Shown: positions 62,120 through 64,000 of the stretch, in pieces
Numbering within the stretch: position 1 is the first letter of the stretch
How the letters are laid out: every line of letters begins with the position of its first letter
NCBI GenBank assembly: GCA_027604505.1
Contig: JADIIX010000001.1
Span: 558,001 to 622,000 of the forward strand
Direction: 5' to 3'
From: Gonapodya sp. JEL0774
Lineage: Eukaryota
DNA: 64,000 bases
The notes under the pieces: generated by a model
Databases searched by the model: none
What the model saw: the letters and a program-made list of their open reading frames with translations, nothing else
What the model was told of the DNA's origin: nothing
Made by a program: the position numbers and the translations under genes

Positions 62120-62432
62120 CTCCATGAAATGGACTTTGAAGACCATGATTCGCATGATATCTTTATAATAAAGTTCTCGAATTGAACCACCCAGCATGAG
62201 AATACTATAAGTGACGAGCAAAAACAGGAGTGAGATTGACACCAATAGGAGGGTCCCAATGCAAAGTGGTATGGCTACTAATATGCAAGTTTTTTGTTCG
62301 TTAACATCCAAGACTATGTACAACTACAGGATAGCTGTCGGGAGTTGGCGGCACTGCCCGATCACTCTATACTCTACATTGAACAAATACACTCGGGAAG
62401 AGAGGGGACTCGCCACATCCACACTACGGAGC

Positions 62433-64000
62433 TCACTTCTTCGCTTTCCTTCTTCTCACTTCCTTTTCCAGCTCCTTCTCCTTCGCCTCTGCACTTTCGA
62501 TTCGTGCCTCCAGCTCACTTACCATCCGAGTGTACTCCCGTGCCACAGCTGGCTGCTTCGCATTAGCGGCAAGACGGGATTTAGCTCGGACGAGGTCAGC
62601 GCGAAGACGAGGGAGGAGCAGAGAAAGTTGAAGGAGGGAGGAGGCGGGGTTATCTGACGAGGAAGAGGGGTTTGTTGCGAGCTTGGAAGACAAGAACGGT
62701 GTCGATTTGGAAGTGCCGGAGTGAAAGGCGTTGGTATGGGCATGTTGGTGGTGATGTGAACGAGTTTTATGCTGGGACTGGTTGAGAGCACCTTGCAAAA
62801 ATGCAAAAACATCCTGGCCTGGACCGTCGCTAGTACCTTGACCGACTCCCCCGCCCTTCGCAGACTTGTGATGTCGCGTATTGCCCCTATGTTGACGTGC
62901 CTCTGCATTGTTCCTCCTTCGTCTCCCTTTCTTCGGTCGCCTCTCCCCTTCGGCATCATAGTCCAGGCCCGCGTTGGCTGTCCTAACGACAACCTCAACT
63001 GGATCCACTTTCCCCTGTCCGTGCTTCCCCAAACCCGTTCCTGGAACATAACCCATTCGGGCCATCAGCCGTGACGCAAAACCTCGGGTGTGCGCCTCCC
63101 ACCTCGCAAACGGGGAAGCACCACTGTTGAATTCGCTGGGGACAGGCAGGAGTGCAAAGGAAGGACGGATCGAGTCTGGGTCAATGGGAGGAGAGGATTC
63201 GTTGGAGGAGAAGGACATATCCGAGCCCGAATCGGAGTCCGACTCTGAGGCCATATTTGAGTCGGAAGAATCATCGGAGCCCATGGAACTGCGTGAGTAG
63301 ACGGACTCATCGTCGTCATCGTCGTCGTCCTTCCGGCGCTTCTTCCCTGTGATGCTGCTATCCGATTCTGCATCCTCTTGTCCCATTCCAACATCCACCA
63401 TTGAAAACACATCATCGTGTCGCAGTTCCTTAGCTCCATCTTCTGAGTAACCTTCGTACAATACGACGTACGTACTCCCACCACCCGTCACAGCACGCAC
63501 GCGAGCCGGGTACCACCGTTCCTCCGGAGGCCATCTTGGGCCTCTGGGATAAAACCGCGCCCAGACTCGTGCTCCCGGCTTGAGATCTTCTGTCGAAAGC
63601 CCAGCGGGGTCATTGGGTATGGAGACTGATGGGTCCAAAGCAGAGGAGAGGGACGCCTCGTAGGGTAAGATATCAGAGAGGGGAACTTGAAGACCCGTGG
63701 AAGCAAGCTCGGCTGTTGGAGGAGTGAGGAGGAGAACTGAGCACAACGGGTCCGGAAGTGCCGTAACCGAAGAGTCCGAGCTTGGATTTGATGTTGGGTT
63801 GTCGATACGAGAGACAACGCCGGCGAGCAAGTAGATATGGAGGCCATCCTCTGTCGCGTAGGGCACGCACACCTTGTCACCCAGATTTGGAATGTGCTTC
63901 AACCCAGAATCCTCGTCATTGGTTGGCTCAATACACGAAGTTTGGTCGTGGCTGTCAGATAATACCGGTACTGCTACTTCACCGGTCACAGTCCTGTCAG
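62433..64000 (-). CDS. ZGPAT-like protein (Tudor-like + G-patch + C-terminal coiled coil), 5' part probably beyond the window
   Basis: Tudor-like [12 protein letters not shown]...WYPARV...YVVLYEGY; G-patch [38 protein letters not shown]; a short terminal exon after the GTGAGC donor near 62436 is possible. Confidence 0.8.
   Translation of the reverse strand, partial: DRTVTGEVAVPVLSDSHDQTSCIEPTNDEDSGLKHIPNLGDKVCVPYATEDGLHIYLLAGVVSRIDNPTSNPSSDSSVTALPDPLCSVLLLTPPTAELASTGLQVPLSDILPYEASLSSALDPSVSIPNDPAGLSTEDLKPGARVWARFYPRGPRWPPEERWYPARVRAVTGGGSTYVVLYEGYSEDGAKELRHDDVFSMVDVGMGQEDAESDSSITGKKRRKDDDDDDDESVYSRSSMGSDDSSDSNMASESDSDSGSDMSFSSNESSPPIDPDSIRPSFALLPVPSEFNSGASPFARWEAHTRGFASRLMARMGYVPGTGLGKHGQGKVDPVEVVVRTANAGLDYDAEGERRPKKGRRRRNNAEARQHRGNTRHHKSAKGGGVGQGTSDGPGQDVFAFLQGALNQSQHKTRSHHHQHAHTNAFHSGTSKSTPFLSSKLATNPSSSSDNPASSLLQLSLLLPRLRADLVRAKSRLAANAKQPAVAREYTRMVSELEARIESAEAKEKELEKEVRRRKAKK

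Noticed and set aside
1..64000. Selenoprotein (in-frame UGA/SECIS), CRISPR array, tRNA/rRNA, transposase or reverse transcriptase
   Set aside because: None recognised by eye; the apparent in-frame stops I examined are explained by introns

Overview
Gene-dense, intron-rich eukaryotic DNA. Short GT-AG introns have GTGAGT/GTACGT donors and some CTAAC/CTGAC branch sites. It is most likely an early-diverging zoosporic fungus, inferred from fungal-type genes plus a CEP95-like centrosomal gene. About 21 protein-coding genes, nearly all spliced, can be supported: a partial RRM-like/RD-rich protein, diacylglycerol kinase, Snx41/Atg20-type sorting nexin, peroxisomal Lon, CEP95-like protein, SF1 UvrD-like helicase, a Shg1/BOD1 + SGF29-Tudor-like protein, BCH-RhoGAP, a tandem pair of uncharacterised secreted proteins, class-3 lipase, PAC2, a GNAT, a Methyltransf_16 protein, HEI10, an Nrg1-like C2H2 factor, tRNA dimethylallyltransferase, a stand-alone beta-adaptin appendage, a QDE-1-like RdRP, a lactonase and a ZGPAT-like protein. 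I found no rRNA, tRNA, CRISPR array or recognisable transposase. The most unusual items are the trunk-less beta-adaptin ear gene, the COMPASS-Shg1/SGF29-Tudor fusion, the bacterial/phage-like helicase with a possible mitochondrial presequence, the secreted paralog pair and a ~154-nt structured intergenic element. All family calls come from motif recognition by eye. Exon boundaries were read manually and several gene ends are approximate.
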